From the NCBI RefSeq assembly GCF_009914755.1, contig NC_060940.1: DNA of 64,000 bases; one strand, written 5' to 3'. Positions 1-63,135 of this stretch are shown one piece after another (the first letter of the stretch is position 1; each line of letters begins with the position of its first letter). The notes beneath the pieces are model-generated. The model saw nothing but the letters and a program-made list of their open reading frames with translations, searched no databases and was not told the DNA's origin. The DNA is from the human T2T-CHM13v2.0 reference genome, Homo sapiens. A program made the position numbers and the translations under genes.

Positions 1-99
1 AAACTGTTGGCCCCTTTTCTGGCAGTTGTGCAGTTATCGTGGCCAGACAAGGCAGGGTCAGGTCTTGCCAGCCAAACCCTGATCCCACTCATAGGTCTG

Positions 100-180
100 C
101 CACTTCTTTGCTGTGTGACCTTGGGCAAGTCAGTCAACCTCTCTGAGCCTCCATATATAAATGGGAGAAACAGCAGTGCC
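100..180. mobile_element. MIR fragment
   Basis: MIR core tgtgaccttgggcaagtca..aacctctctgagcctc; similar core at about 3370-3420. Confidence 0.65.
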
Positions 181-1346
181 TACTGCACAGGCAGTTGCAA
201 CGATAATACATATAATCTTCATGGATTTGGGAGCATAGGCACGCAGCAGCCCCCTTCTCTCTGTGGCTCCTGCTCTCCCAGCCTTGGGCCCCCTCCTCTG
301 CTTCCCTCTCTGGCCTATTTCCTCTCCTCCTGTGCACTTCTTGGCCTTTCTTCTCCTCTGCTCACTCCACCTGCAGGCCTCGGGCGAGCTCGCCACCCAG
401 ATCCTTGCTGCCCAGGAGAACAGGGCACGGAGCCTGAGATAGACCTAGTGTTCTGCTCCCCAGAGACCCGAGAGCCAAGCCCCAAACTGGTTGCCTCTGG
501 GAACGAGGGCCGGGTGGGTCTACAGGAGGTGGGCATGTCAATGTCAGCAAGCTGCCTCCTAGCCCCGCTTCCTCTCCCTGGTGGTCTGGAGCCCCTGGCA
601 GCAGGGTGAGGGTGGGGAGGGCAGAGCTGGTGTGTGCCTGACCATACCCCTGGCCCTGCTATCTGCCCAGGGCCCCTGGCCCCCGGCCCCCAAACTCCAT
701 TTTCAGCATGTGGGGAAACCCCCTGTATCTGCGTGGGCAAGGTGGGATTTTCATCCCTGGTGGGTGGAGAAGGAGCAGCCCCTTGAAGCAGGGTGATAAC
801 CCAAGTTGCCCCAGAAAGCAGCAGCTCCCCAGGCCTCCACAAGGTTAAGCGATGGAACCTTCCTAATGGGAAGGCTGGGCGTGGGGGTCTGGTCCCCAAG
901 ATGTTGGGCTTGGGGCCCTCTCGGGCCCTCCATACTCCCCAAGGTGTGGGTCAAGGGCTCTAGCTGTCTGGGCAGTGCCCATGCACCCTGCCCTGCCCCG
1001 CATTGGTAAGCTGTGCATGTCTGTGACGACCCTGTGTGTACCTGACATGGGTGAGTCTGTACGTGTGGTCTCGGCTTTTGTATTCGGAGGATCCCGTGTG
1101 AGCTGCAGCTGTTGGCGTGTGCCTATGTGCTGGGGGCGGATGCAGGGGCTGGGGACCATCAAGGATGATGTGTGGCTGGGGTGGGAGGAGCAGTGACAGG
1201 GCTGGGGCAAGGAGGACTTCAGAAGCCAATTGGAGCCAGGCTTGTCTCCCAGCAGCCAATATGGGAGCTGGGGCTCCTGGTAAGCGAGTGGCTGCTCAGA
1301 AACCCTGCGGGGAGGAGGGGCTAGCTAGGCTGGGCCAGGATCCCTG

Positions 1347-1432
1347 TATAAATGGCCCAGGAGCTGTGCCCCATCACAGAGCCGACCATCTCCCACTCGA
1401 GCTGCCCCCGCCCTCTGGACCCGAGTGACTCA
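1347..1432 (+). promoter_or_regulatory. Internal NDRG4 promoter: TATA box and AP-1 site
   Basis: TATAAAT 1347-1353 about 130 nt upstream of ATG 1482; TGACTCA 1426-1432. Confidence 0.65.
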
Positions 1433-1481
1433 GGCCTTTGTTTGTCCTTCCTGGTAGAGGCGGGTTCCCTCCCTCGGCAAG

Positions 1482-12809
<11,328 letters not shown>

Positions 12810-14397
12810 AGCCCTTGATCCCGCTGACGACGCCCACGTCGAGGCCCCACCGCCATCCTTGCGCCGGCTCATGTTCCCTTTAGTTTATTTTTGTGAGGGC
12901 AAAGGGGAGGAAATGGGGTTCTGTTTGAAAAAAATGAGGGGATCTTAGATGCTGCAGCAGAACAGTCTCCAGGTGTTTTAAGGGGCTCAGTCCTCCTCAT
13001 CCCATCTCACTCTCCGTGGTAACTTAGCCAACTTGACCCCTCTCATCCCACTCCCGGCGGCCCAGGCACAGAAGGGCAGGGCCATAGGGAGGGAGATTCG
13101 CTACGGATCCAGGCCATTCCTGGGTGAGCCCTTGGGCAGGCATGTTTGGAGATGAGAGAGGCTTCGAGAGGGTGGGTGCTGGGCCACAGGGGTGCGGGGC
13201 CAGCTCAGGCACTGGCGTGGGAGCCCTGGGAGACCCCTTCCCCCACCCTCCACCAAGCACACCTGTTTCTGTCTCATAGCACATGTGACAATCATCTGGA
13301 CAACAGCCACAAGGGGGCGCTCGGACCAGGCAGCCACTTTCCTGGTGCTCTCTGGGCCCAGCTGGTGCTGTAGGGCCACGCAGGCAGGGGCGTCAAGGGG
13401 TTTCTCTGCCCAAGGAAGACAGAACATGGAGAACCGTCAGGGCAGGAACCCCACAGACTGTCCCTTCCAGCCCACACTCTGCCACCTCCTGGCCCTGTCC
13501 CAATTCTGAGCCAAGGCCTCCCCGAGGCAGAAGTTGCCTGGTCCTCTGTCCCCACAGTGACCTGACTGGGGGTGAGGGAGAAGGAGGAGAGAGCCCATGT
13601 GTGGTGTGTGTGCCCCTGAGAACTTCGTGGTGACTGCCTTTGGGAGCCCGCAGGTGGCCAGAGGCAGGGGTAGCTGAGTTCCTGGAGACCCCTTTTTTGC
13701 CCCCAGGTTCCCCAGAGGGCAACGCCATCAGTAGCAGTGTGGTGTTTCAGGCAGAGCTCTGGCCAGGCTGTGCCAGTGTGTCCCGGACGCATCACTAAGG
13801 AAGAGAGAGTTTATTTAGTCAACTGGCCCAAGGCAGCGAGGCTTCTACAGTCCCACACCCCATAGCCGCCTGGGCTGGGGCTTACTGGGGGCTGAAGGTT
13901 CTGGACATGAACAAGGGTCAGGTAGAAGAGAAAGGCTTCCCCTACACCCCAGCCTCCTGCTGTCCCCTGAAGCCCAGGACTGCGTTGTATGCTTTCCATC
14001 CACTCACCTTACCCCATAGCATCTTGCGGCCCAGAAACCAGAGCCATTTGTCTCAGACCCTAAATCAATAATCACAAACCCCAAAACGGGAGAGAGCAGT
14101 GAAAACATGCAGGGCTGTGGACGGGGGAAGGGTTGTGGCGGGTGTTCTGAGGCTGAGAGGACACCTATATGCGTATTTCCTCTACACACATCACCCCCCT
14201 TCTATAATCTTAAGCCATGACTAGCCTGGTGGCGTGTTAGTTTCTGCCCAGTTCTACCCCCTCATGTGCTTCTTCTGAATACTGAATGTGACTGTTTGAA
14301 AGCTGGTAGAATTCATCCCTCTTACTGTAGATAACACTGCAAATCTTGGAATTTTGTTTTTTGCTGTTTCCAGATGTATCTATAAATATCTATACAT

Positions 14398-14401
<4 letters not shown>

Positions 14402-14430
<29 letters not shown>
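14402..14430 (+). repeat. (TG)14 in the NDRG4 3' UTR
   Basis: direct reading. Confidence 0.95.
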
Positions 14431-14432
<2 letters not shown>

Positions 14433-14628
14433 ATCGGGTCCTCCCATGTGTGGTGTTCTTCTGGAGGTTGTCTCTTTGGTCAAGGTGAACTTTTAATGTT
14501 TATTATTTTCTTCTCCGCACAAAGTAAAGAGCCTAATTTTGTGTATTCTGGTGGCTGCTGTCATGAGATGATAAAATGTAAAACAAAACTCTAGTCAACG
14601 TAGAAAGAGTTAACTGTGCTGAAAAACT

Positions 14629-14634
14629 AATAAA
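14629..14634 (+). terminator. NDRG4 polyadenylation signal
   Basis: AATAAA followed by GU-rich downstream sequence (gtgtggtg about 14654). Confidence 0.8.
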
Positions 14635-14908
14635 GAACCTAAGAAGAATTCCAGTGTGGTGATGCCATGCCCATCATGGGAGGCTTTTGGAGAAACAGAA
14701 TGTTTGGGCAGGGGCTGCTGGTGCTGCTTGGGTTTTGGGTTGAGGGTGCTAGGAGAGGATGGTCTCCACCCATCTTTCTATTTCCAGTACACGTCACATT
14801 ATTTTACCGGTGAGATGAGAATGTCACAAACATTAAAAGCCTTATGTGCTCATTTCTGCTTATGTGCTCATTTCTCCCCTGACTCTGTGACAAAATACAG
14901 CTCTCCTC

Positions 14909-15283
<375 letters not shown>

Positions 15284-15650
15284 TCACTACATTCCTTCAA
15301 AGATAAATGACCTACTCTTTGCCTTCTCCTAAACATACGATCATGTCTGACAGGGTTAATGATTATACTCTGCAATCTATAACCAGATATACTTATCCCT
15401 AAACTTTGATATGATTTTACACATACTAAATCTTCACCTATGTATAACCTAAACTAAAATACCGTGTTAGAGGAGCCTCACAAGATTACTCCTGGGCTAC
15501 AGGCCTCAGTCTATAGTCCTCAATAAGGCTTCTAAATAAAACTAATTTTAATTATTTAAAAGCTTAATATTTTTTCTTTAGTCAACATACCAATCCTTAC
15601 ATTAATTCTACAGAGTAGGTATTATCTTAGTTTCGCAGGTGAGGAGACTA

Positions 15651-16088
<438 letters not shown>

Positions 16089-16770
16089 TTACATTTAACA
16101 GCATGCTACTTCCCCAGGTTTAACCACCATTTGTTTTATTCATTTATTTACCCAATAGGTAGATATTGAGTCCCTACTATGTCAGCTAATAAAACCCACC
16201 ACGTGCTATGCAGCAGATTAAAAACGAGGATGTACTGGCAAATAAGGGCAGAGAGGATCTATTCTAGATCCAGGAGCCCTCTAGGCCACGCCACTCTGAA
16301 ACACACACGAAAACTGCTCTGAACGAATACCACCAGTAAAAGGGTTCCATGGCCATCGGCAACAAGGGGTCGAGATCAGGAGGTCGCTCGCCGCCCAGTT
16401 GCGTCGCTCACCACCGGCCGGCCACCAGACCCTCGGCTTCCGATCCAGAAACCGTATTTTGTTCTTGCACCCAGACCGCAAGAAGCCTCAGCCCTCGGGG
16501 ACAGACCGAAGGCCAGGGCTGTACCTGGCTCAGAACCAGGCGCCAAGCGGCACGGGACTCTCCTTCTGCACTCGCAGCGCGTGAGTGCAATTGGAGATCC
16601 TGGACTCAAGATGTTTTCATGAGGAACGATTCCAGCCCGCGGTAACTCCGGCCAGTCTGCAGCGTGGACGACAAAACAGGCACCACGTGGTTCCGGCGCC
16701 GGGGCGGGGCCAGAGACGCCGGAAGTGACCGCGCGGTGCGCCGGCCCGCGAGGAAACGCGCTCTTAGACC

Positions 16771-16797
16771 ATGGCGACCCAGGCGAAGCGTCCACGG
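16771..16797 (+). CDS. SETD6: SETD6 exon 1 MATQAKRPR
   Basis: ACCATGG Kozak; |gtgagt. Confidence 0.95.
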
Positions 16798-19700
16798 GTG
16801 AGTGGCGGGCGCGGGGTCCAGCCTTTTCCTCCGCGCCTCACCCCTTCTCCGTTCGCAGAACCGTCCGCCTGCGCCCCCTCCGCTCCCTCCCGCGGGTCCC
16901 GCGCCCCTCTCCGCTCGTCCCCTCCTCCACCCAAAGCCCGTTCTGCGCTCGCGCCGCGGTCTCCTGCAGTTCCCAGCGGCCTCTCTGGGGGTCGGACCTG
17001 GTCACTGCGCGCACTTATCTCAGGTGGCGGGGCCCGTGGACGGCGGCGACCTGGATCCTGTGGCCTGCTTCCTGAGCTGGTGCCGGCGGGTGGGGCTGGA
17101 GCTGAGTCCCAAGGTGAGCGAGCGAGCCGGCGGGCGGAGGACCCGCGGCGGGGCGCGGGCTGCCCTGACCAGCCCTCCTGCTCAGGTGGCGGTCAGCCGG
17201 CAGGGCACGGTGGCCGGCTACGGCATGGTGGCCCGGGAGAGCGTGCAGGCCGGAGAGCTGTTGTTCGTGGTGCCGCGGGCCGCGCTCCTGTCGCAGCACA
17301 CCTGCTCCATCGGCGGCCTGCTGGAGCGAGGTGGGCACGGCGGCGGGCTAGGGCCCTGGGGCGGGGCGGGGCGGGGCGGGGCGGGCCCGGCCCGCGAGGC
17401 CGCGCCGGGGCGCTCACACCTGTGTCTTCCTCAGAGCGAGTTGCGCTGCAGAGCCAGTCGGGCTGGGTGCCACTGCTGCTGGCGCTGCTCCACGAGCTGC
17501 AGGCCCCGGCCTCACGCTGGAGGCCCTACTTTGCGCTCTGGCCCGAGCTGGGCCGCTTGGAGCACCCGATGTTCTGGTGAGAGCCTTGGGAGGGGTTGGG
17601 GAGCGCCTGCACCGTAGCCTGCTGCAAGAAGTTTCCCCGCCCCTGCACCAGTCCTACCCAGTAAAGTGTGTGAAGGAATGAAGGGAACCTGGGTGTGGGT
17701 GTCCCTGCAGGCCAGAGGAGGAGCGCCGGTGCCTGCTCCAGGGCACAGGCGTACCTGAGGCCGTGGAGAAGGATTTGGCCAACATCCGCAGCGAGTACCA
17801 GTCCATCGTGCTGCCCTTCATGGAAGCCCACCCCGATCTCTTCAGCCTCAGGGTTCGCTCCCTAGAACTCTACCACCAGCTGGTGGCCCTTGTGATGGCC
17901 TATAGGTCAGTGGGTGGGGCCTCTGAGGACGGAACCCTTTTCTTTACAACTCTATAGAGGGACAAAAGTGGAAAAACAGTGAAATCCACCCCCAGTCCCT
18001 CACCCAAGACAGGGCCTTAGCCAGGTTCTGTCAATGGCAGCTTTCAGGAACCACTGGAGGAAGAAGAGGATGAAAAGGAGCCCAACTCCCCCGTGATGGT
18101 GCCTGCTGCAGACATACTAAACCACTTAGCCAATCACAACGCCAATCTAGAATACTCTGCGGTGAGTGGAGTTTCTCTTGGTGCACTGATTGAGCATGAT
18201 TCAAGCCATTGTGTCTTAGGCTCCATTCTCTTACTAGTGCTACAAAATGAGTAGGTGAAATCAGCTCCTCCTGTATGTCCTTTTAGTATGCATATTACTG
18301 TAGAATCATTTGAATGCGAAACATTTTAAAGTCCTCAAAGTAAGTTGTGGTTAATCCTCTGATAAACTATACTACCATCATTTATTTAGTGCTAGACATT
18401 GAGTGGTCTGCATAGCCATGTTTCATTCCTTTCTGGCTGATCACATCAGTGAGCCCAGACTGTGTGTGGCTCTGTGGATAGCAGCCTGGAACAGTGATAG
18501 TCTCCGTGTTTTGGAGGGATGAGGACATTCACAGGCCAAAGGTCTAAGACGATCCTAGAACTGATATAAAGCTGTGTTTATACCAGCTCTATTCTATATA
18601 AAAAGTAGCCTGAAAAGATGGCACATTTATAGGATCAGAAATTAGTAAGTATGGTTATTTCTTAATCCTTGCCTCCATTTTCCTTTCCCACTTTGATCTG
18701 CGAAAGTTCCATTTTTTCCCCCCCGAGGCGGAGTCTCACTGTGTCGCCCAGGCTGGAGTGCAGTGGCGTGATCTCGGCTCACTGCAACTGCCGCCTCCTG
18801 GGTTCAAGCAATTCTCCCTGCCTCAGCCTCCCGAGTAGTTGGAATTACAGGCTCCTGCCACCATGCCCGGCTAATTTTTGTATTTTTTAGTAGGGATGGG
18901 GTTTCTCCGTGTTGGCCAGGCTGGTCTTGAACTCCTGATCTCAGGTGATCTGCCCACTTTGACCTCCCTAAGTGCTGGGATTACAGGTGTGAGCCACTGC
19001 GCCTGGCCGAAAATTTCGTTTTTAAAGCTAGCAACTTTTTAAGTGCTGAAGAGGACTGTGCAGAAATCCACCCAGTTAAACATGAAGCTGGCCTTTTAAA
19101 GTTAGCCCAACCCTTTTTTGTTTCACAGTTTAGGGTCTAACAGGAACTAAAGGTAGAACTTTGGTAGTTAACAGCATCAGTCATGGCTGAACTACACCTG
19201 CTGAAGGCTCTTCTTAAGTGGAAATAATCTTCATGGGGCTGGCCCGTGAAAGGCATGGCCCCAGCTTCTCCCTTTCACCTCAGAATTGTCTTCGGATGGT
19301 AGCCACTCAGCCCATTCCTAAAGGCCATGAGATTTTCAACACTTATGGGCAAATGGCTAACTGGCAACTGATTCATATGTACGGTTTTGTTGAACCATAT
19401 CCTGACAACACAGATGACACAGCTGACATTCAGATGGTGACAGTTCGTGAGGCAGCATTACAGGGTGAGTGTATCATTAACTCAATATTTGACACTGATG
19501 GTGTGTCTATACCCATGCCTCAGGTTAAATAGCTTTGCTAAATAGCAGTTGACTTTGTAGACTGGGTGGCAGACTAAAGAAGAAATGAACCCTTGGGTGT
19601 ACTGAGACTTTCACATTGCTGTTTCATCTACAGGAACAAAAACTGAAGCTGAAAGGCACCTAGTGTACGAGCGCTGGGATTTCCTATGCAAACTGGAGAT

Positions 19701-20262
19701 GGTAGGGGAAGAGGGAGCCTTTGTGATAGGGAGGGAGGAGGTGCTGACTGAAGAGGAGCTGACCACCACACTAAAGGTAAACGGCTGAAAATGGCCATTT
19801 AATGCTGATAATCTAAGTATTTAAAGCAAAATAGCTAGAAGATGAGAGAGGAAATGTGGGATTTTTAATAAATGCTAAGATGAGTTTAGTCTCCTGAGTC
19901 ATTTCAGAAGTACAAAAGCAGTACATCTAATTAAAGAGCTCTGTGGTTGCTTCTAGGTACTGTGCATGCCTGCTGAGGAGTTCAGAGAGCTTAAAGACCA
20001 GGATGGAGGGGGAGATGATAAAAGGGAAGAGGGCAGCCTGACGATCACAAATATTCCCAAGCTCAAAGCATCGTGGAGACAGCTGCTTCAAAACAGTGTT
20101 CTACTGACTTTGCAGACCTATGCCACAGACTTAAAAACTGACCAAGGTTTACTCAGTAATAAGGAAGTCTATGCGAAACTCAGCTGGAGGGAACAGCAAG
20201 CCTTACAGGTTCGCTATGGTCAGAAGATGATCTTACATCAGTTGTTGGAGCTGACAAGTTAG
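16771..20262 (+). CDS. SETD6: SETD6 N-lysine methyltransferase; spliced CDS 473 aa (449 aa when 17114-17185 is spliced out)
   Basis: 8 exons sum to 1422 nt; SET motifs [21 protein letters not shown]; N-terminus MATQAKRPR. Confidence 0.97.
17024..17330 (+). CDS. SETD6: SETD6 exon 2 (contains optional 72-nt intron 17114-17185)
   Basis: ctcag| and |gtgggc; internal AAG|GTGAGC ... CTCAG|GTG. Confidence 0.93.
17435..17576 (+). CDS. SETD6: SETD6 exon [10 protein letters not shown]...HPMF
   Basis: cctcag| and |gtgaga, 142 nt. Confidence 0.95.
17711..17905 (+). CDS. SETD6: SETD6 exon PEEERR...LVMAY
   Basis: ctgcag| and |gtcagt, 195 nt. Confidence 0.95.
18041..18161 (+). CDS. SETD6: SETD6 exon FQEPLEEEE...NLEYSA
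   Basis: ggcag| and |gtgagt, 121 nt; contains DILNH. Confidence 0.95.
18720..19008 (-). mobile_element. Alu in SETD6 intron
   Basis: antisense Alu dimer. Confidence 0.92.
19284..19464 (+). CDS. SETD6: SETD6 exon NCLRMVAT...AALQ
   Basis: cctcag| and |gtgagt, 181 nt. Confidence 0.95.
19634..19776 (+). CDS. SETD6: SETD6 exon TKTEAERH...TTTLK
   Basis: ctacag| and |gtaaac, 143 nt. Confidence 0.95.
19957..20262 (+). CDS. SETD6: SETD6 last coding exon VLCMPAEEF...LELTS*
   Basis: ttctag| acceptor; TAG 20260-20262. Confidence 0.95.
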   Translation, partial: VLCMPAEEFRELKDQDGGGDDKREEGSLTITNIPKLKASWRQLLQNSVLLTLQTYATDLKTDQGLLSNKEVYAKLSWREQQALQVRYGQKMILHQLLELTS

Positions 20263-20980
20263 CAGTTTCCCTGTTCCCTGAAGGAACAGCAATAAGAACT
20301 TTATTCTAAGCTAATACTCATTGATGTTTGAAAAAGAGGAAAATTTGGATCTTTCTTTTGCTTACTAAACACCAAGAGGAAAAGTAGCAAAGTTGGTGTG
20401 CTAGGATTAACTCAGGTAAGGGTGATGTGTTTTAGGATTGAGAACAGCAGACTTGGGAATCACTGCTAATTGTTACTTAAAGCATGTTACAGATGTTTTG
20501 TTCTCAGTTTTAACCAAAGCCAGTGGACATACGGTAGTAATAAGTAAGTCTTGTTGTGTTTCAGCATTTAATAATAGACTTTGGAGGTAGACCCCTGGTT
20601 TAAATCTAAGTCTAGTTTGAGGAAGTCACTTAACCTTTATTGAAAAGACTCTGGATTTAATAAGCTGTGTAACTGGTACTCGATAGTTACCCAAAGTTCA
20701 GTCTAGATGGCACAAACCACCTCTCAGGGAATAAACCCTAAGACATCACTCAAGGAGGACTTCAATTATTTAATTTTGAACTGTTTTGTCCTCTCTGGCC
20801 ATAAAACTTGACAGTCATGAAAGGTAAGGCAAATTTTAAGTGGGTTAAGTTTTTAAATACGTATCTACTCATTTTCTTTAAAAAAAAAAAAAAAATACCT
20901 GGGGGAAAAGGATATTAAAACTGGGTATTTTAAACTCAGCTTAACCAGATAAACCTGCTCCAGCATTTGTCCAGTGTTGA

Positions 20981-20986
20981 AATAAA
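20981..20986 (+). terminator. Candidate SETD6 polyadenylation signal (another AATAAA at 20730-20735)
   Basis: AATAAA hexamers in the SETD6 3' UTR. Confidence 0.5.
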
Positions 20987-21196
20987 TAGGAAGAAAAATA
21001 CAATTTCCTTAAACATGCCAGCTTAGTAGTAGGAATGACCTATCAATCAATCAATCAATCATTCAGCAAGAAGTTAGTTGGTGGTTCCCCATGGCCCCAA
21101 GGTCTGCAGGGCTGGATTGTCCACTTTTCCTCCTCACCACCAGCACTGGCTGCTGCTACTGAGAAAGGCACAGTGGACTCATGTGTGTGTCATGAC

Positions 21197-21202
21197 TTTA
21201 AT
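21197..21202 (-). terminator. CNOT1 distal polyadenylation signal ATTAAA (proximal candidate 21700-21705)
   Basis: plus-strand TTTAAT about 1 kb beyond the CNOT1 stop. Confidence 0.65.
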
Positions 21203-22190
21203 GGTTAGCTACAGTATGCATACACATACAAGAAGTAGGGGAGCTGAAGCCCAGGAAAAGGCTACAAAATACAACACAGGGACCAATACATTTGCAAAAC
21301 ATTCAAAATCCTTATAAAAGGGGCTGTATTGGTCCTTTCAACTTTGTCATTATTCAGCTTAGCCTGTATGGCCATTCATTCAGTGGGGTAATGGGGGAGA
21401 ACAATTAATTAATGAGATTTGGTTCCCTTTCCTATATTCCCACTGTTTTTAAGTTTCAGGAGAGGATTGGGGGGGTGAGGGTAGGGGTGGGCTTTAGGCC
21501 TGGTCTGGTTTCCCTTTATATAAAGAGCTGACCCCCATCTCAGGCGGCTGAGGTGTATAATCCCCAAAAGAAATAAGATGGTACAAATGCAGTCAGCTTT
21601 GGAATACGTTTGGGTAGAGACAAAATGGAAACTCATGGGATTCCAATAGTGAGCCCTTCCCATGTTCCTGGACATATCCAATTCTAGCACATCCACATTT
21701 TTAATAACTTAGTGATTTTCAAGGTCCCCTGTCCACATTAAAAAAATAAGTTACATAATATTCAAACTGGCTTTTTGCTATTCTTTGGGACACCAGGAAT
21801 GTCAGAAGACATGGAGCTATGCCCTCAGACAAGTGCATGGCATCAGCTGCCTCTTCATTACAAGGTACCAGTTTATGTACTTGCCTTGGACACAGCTTGC
21901 ACAAAGCCAAGAAGTTCCAGACAAAGGTTTTCTCTTTCATGTATTTACACAAGTTCAAAATGATATTCACAGCATCTTCTAAATTTTGGCCAAGAGTCAA
22001 AAAAATGCATTTAAACTTTGGAACGTGCCCACATAAGACAGGAGGCTGATCCCAACAGTAGTTGGGGCAGATACCCACAAACCAAAGGGCTGGGAAAGTC
22101 AGGAAGAGCTGAAAGGATTCTTCAGTCAGTTTATGAACTCGGTGCAGTGAGACCTCTAGACTGACACGTACAACAGAGATGCAGTTTCGT

Positions 22191-61606
<39,416 letters not shown>

Positions 61607-61610
61607 CTAA

Positions 61611-62532
<922 letters not shown>

Positions 62533-62850
62533 CTAATTTGCACCTCTGAAATGAACTAGTATATAGTACAACCAAAATATATTAAAATTTTCCAGAAAAC
62601 ATTCCATAGCTTCAACCACTTTGTCAAAAATTATGCCCAAACCCAGACATATCAAAGCAAACAGGCATGCAATTTTTATACTAGTATATCACAGTCTAAG
62701 ATAATACATGTACTTATAGACAAAAACACCATGCATAGTAATTACCTTTAACAAGCACATGAAGCAGTGACTGACCTCTAAAACAAATGTCAAGTAGGGT
62801 AAATGTTTACTTGACAATTAAACCAATTTTCCTATCTTAGGTTGCTATTA

Positions 62851-63086
62851 CAGGTTGAGCATCCCAAATCTGAGAATCTGAATACCAAACGCTACAAAAT
62901 CTAAAACTTTTTGAATGCCAATGTTTAAAGGAAATGCTCATTGTAGCATTTCGGAGTTTGAATTTTGGAATTTGAGGTGTATATTAAGCAAGTAAGTATA
63001 ATGCAAATGGTTTTTAAAAAATTTTTTAAACCAAAATCCTAAATACTTCTGACCCCAAGCATTTCAAAGTAGGGATACTCAATCTG
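62851..63086. mobile_element. Tigger4a/MER46A-like DNA transposon
   Basis: 236 bp, TIRs caggttgagcatccc ... gggatactcaatctg, TA duplications. Confidence 0.82.
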
Positions 63087-63135
63087 TATTGCCTCATACA
63101 ACTATGGGGTCCCTTGTATTCAGAAGCTCTACTCG

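Larger units (their letters stand above)
16280..17600. promoter_or_regulatory. SETD6 CpG island / TATA-less promoter
   Basis: dense CpG; E-box CACGTG 16684-16689, GC box 16701-16710, ETS motif CCGGAAGTG 16719-16727 upstream of ATG 16771. Confidence 0.85.

Noticed and set aside
14841-14876. 18-nt tandem duplication (others at about 41964-42020, 51748-51790, 63200-63245)
   Set aside because: Simple slippage duplications in intergenic or repeat DNA; two or three units with no spacers, so not CRISPR-like
16771-17580. 269-aa unspliced ORF from the SETD6 ATG that re-enters the SETD6 frame
   Set aside because: Introns of 226 and 104 nt sum to a multiple of 3 and stops are rare in a CpG island; no sign of coding selection
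20260-20268. SETD6 TAG CAG TTT as a stop read-through signal
   Set aside because: Misses the CARYYA motif; no other support
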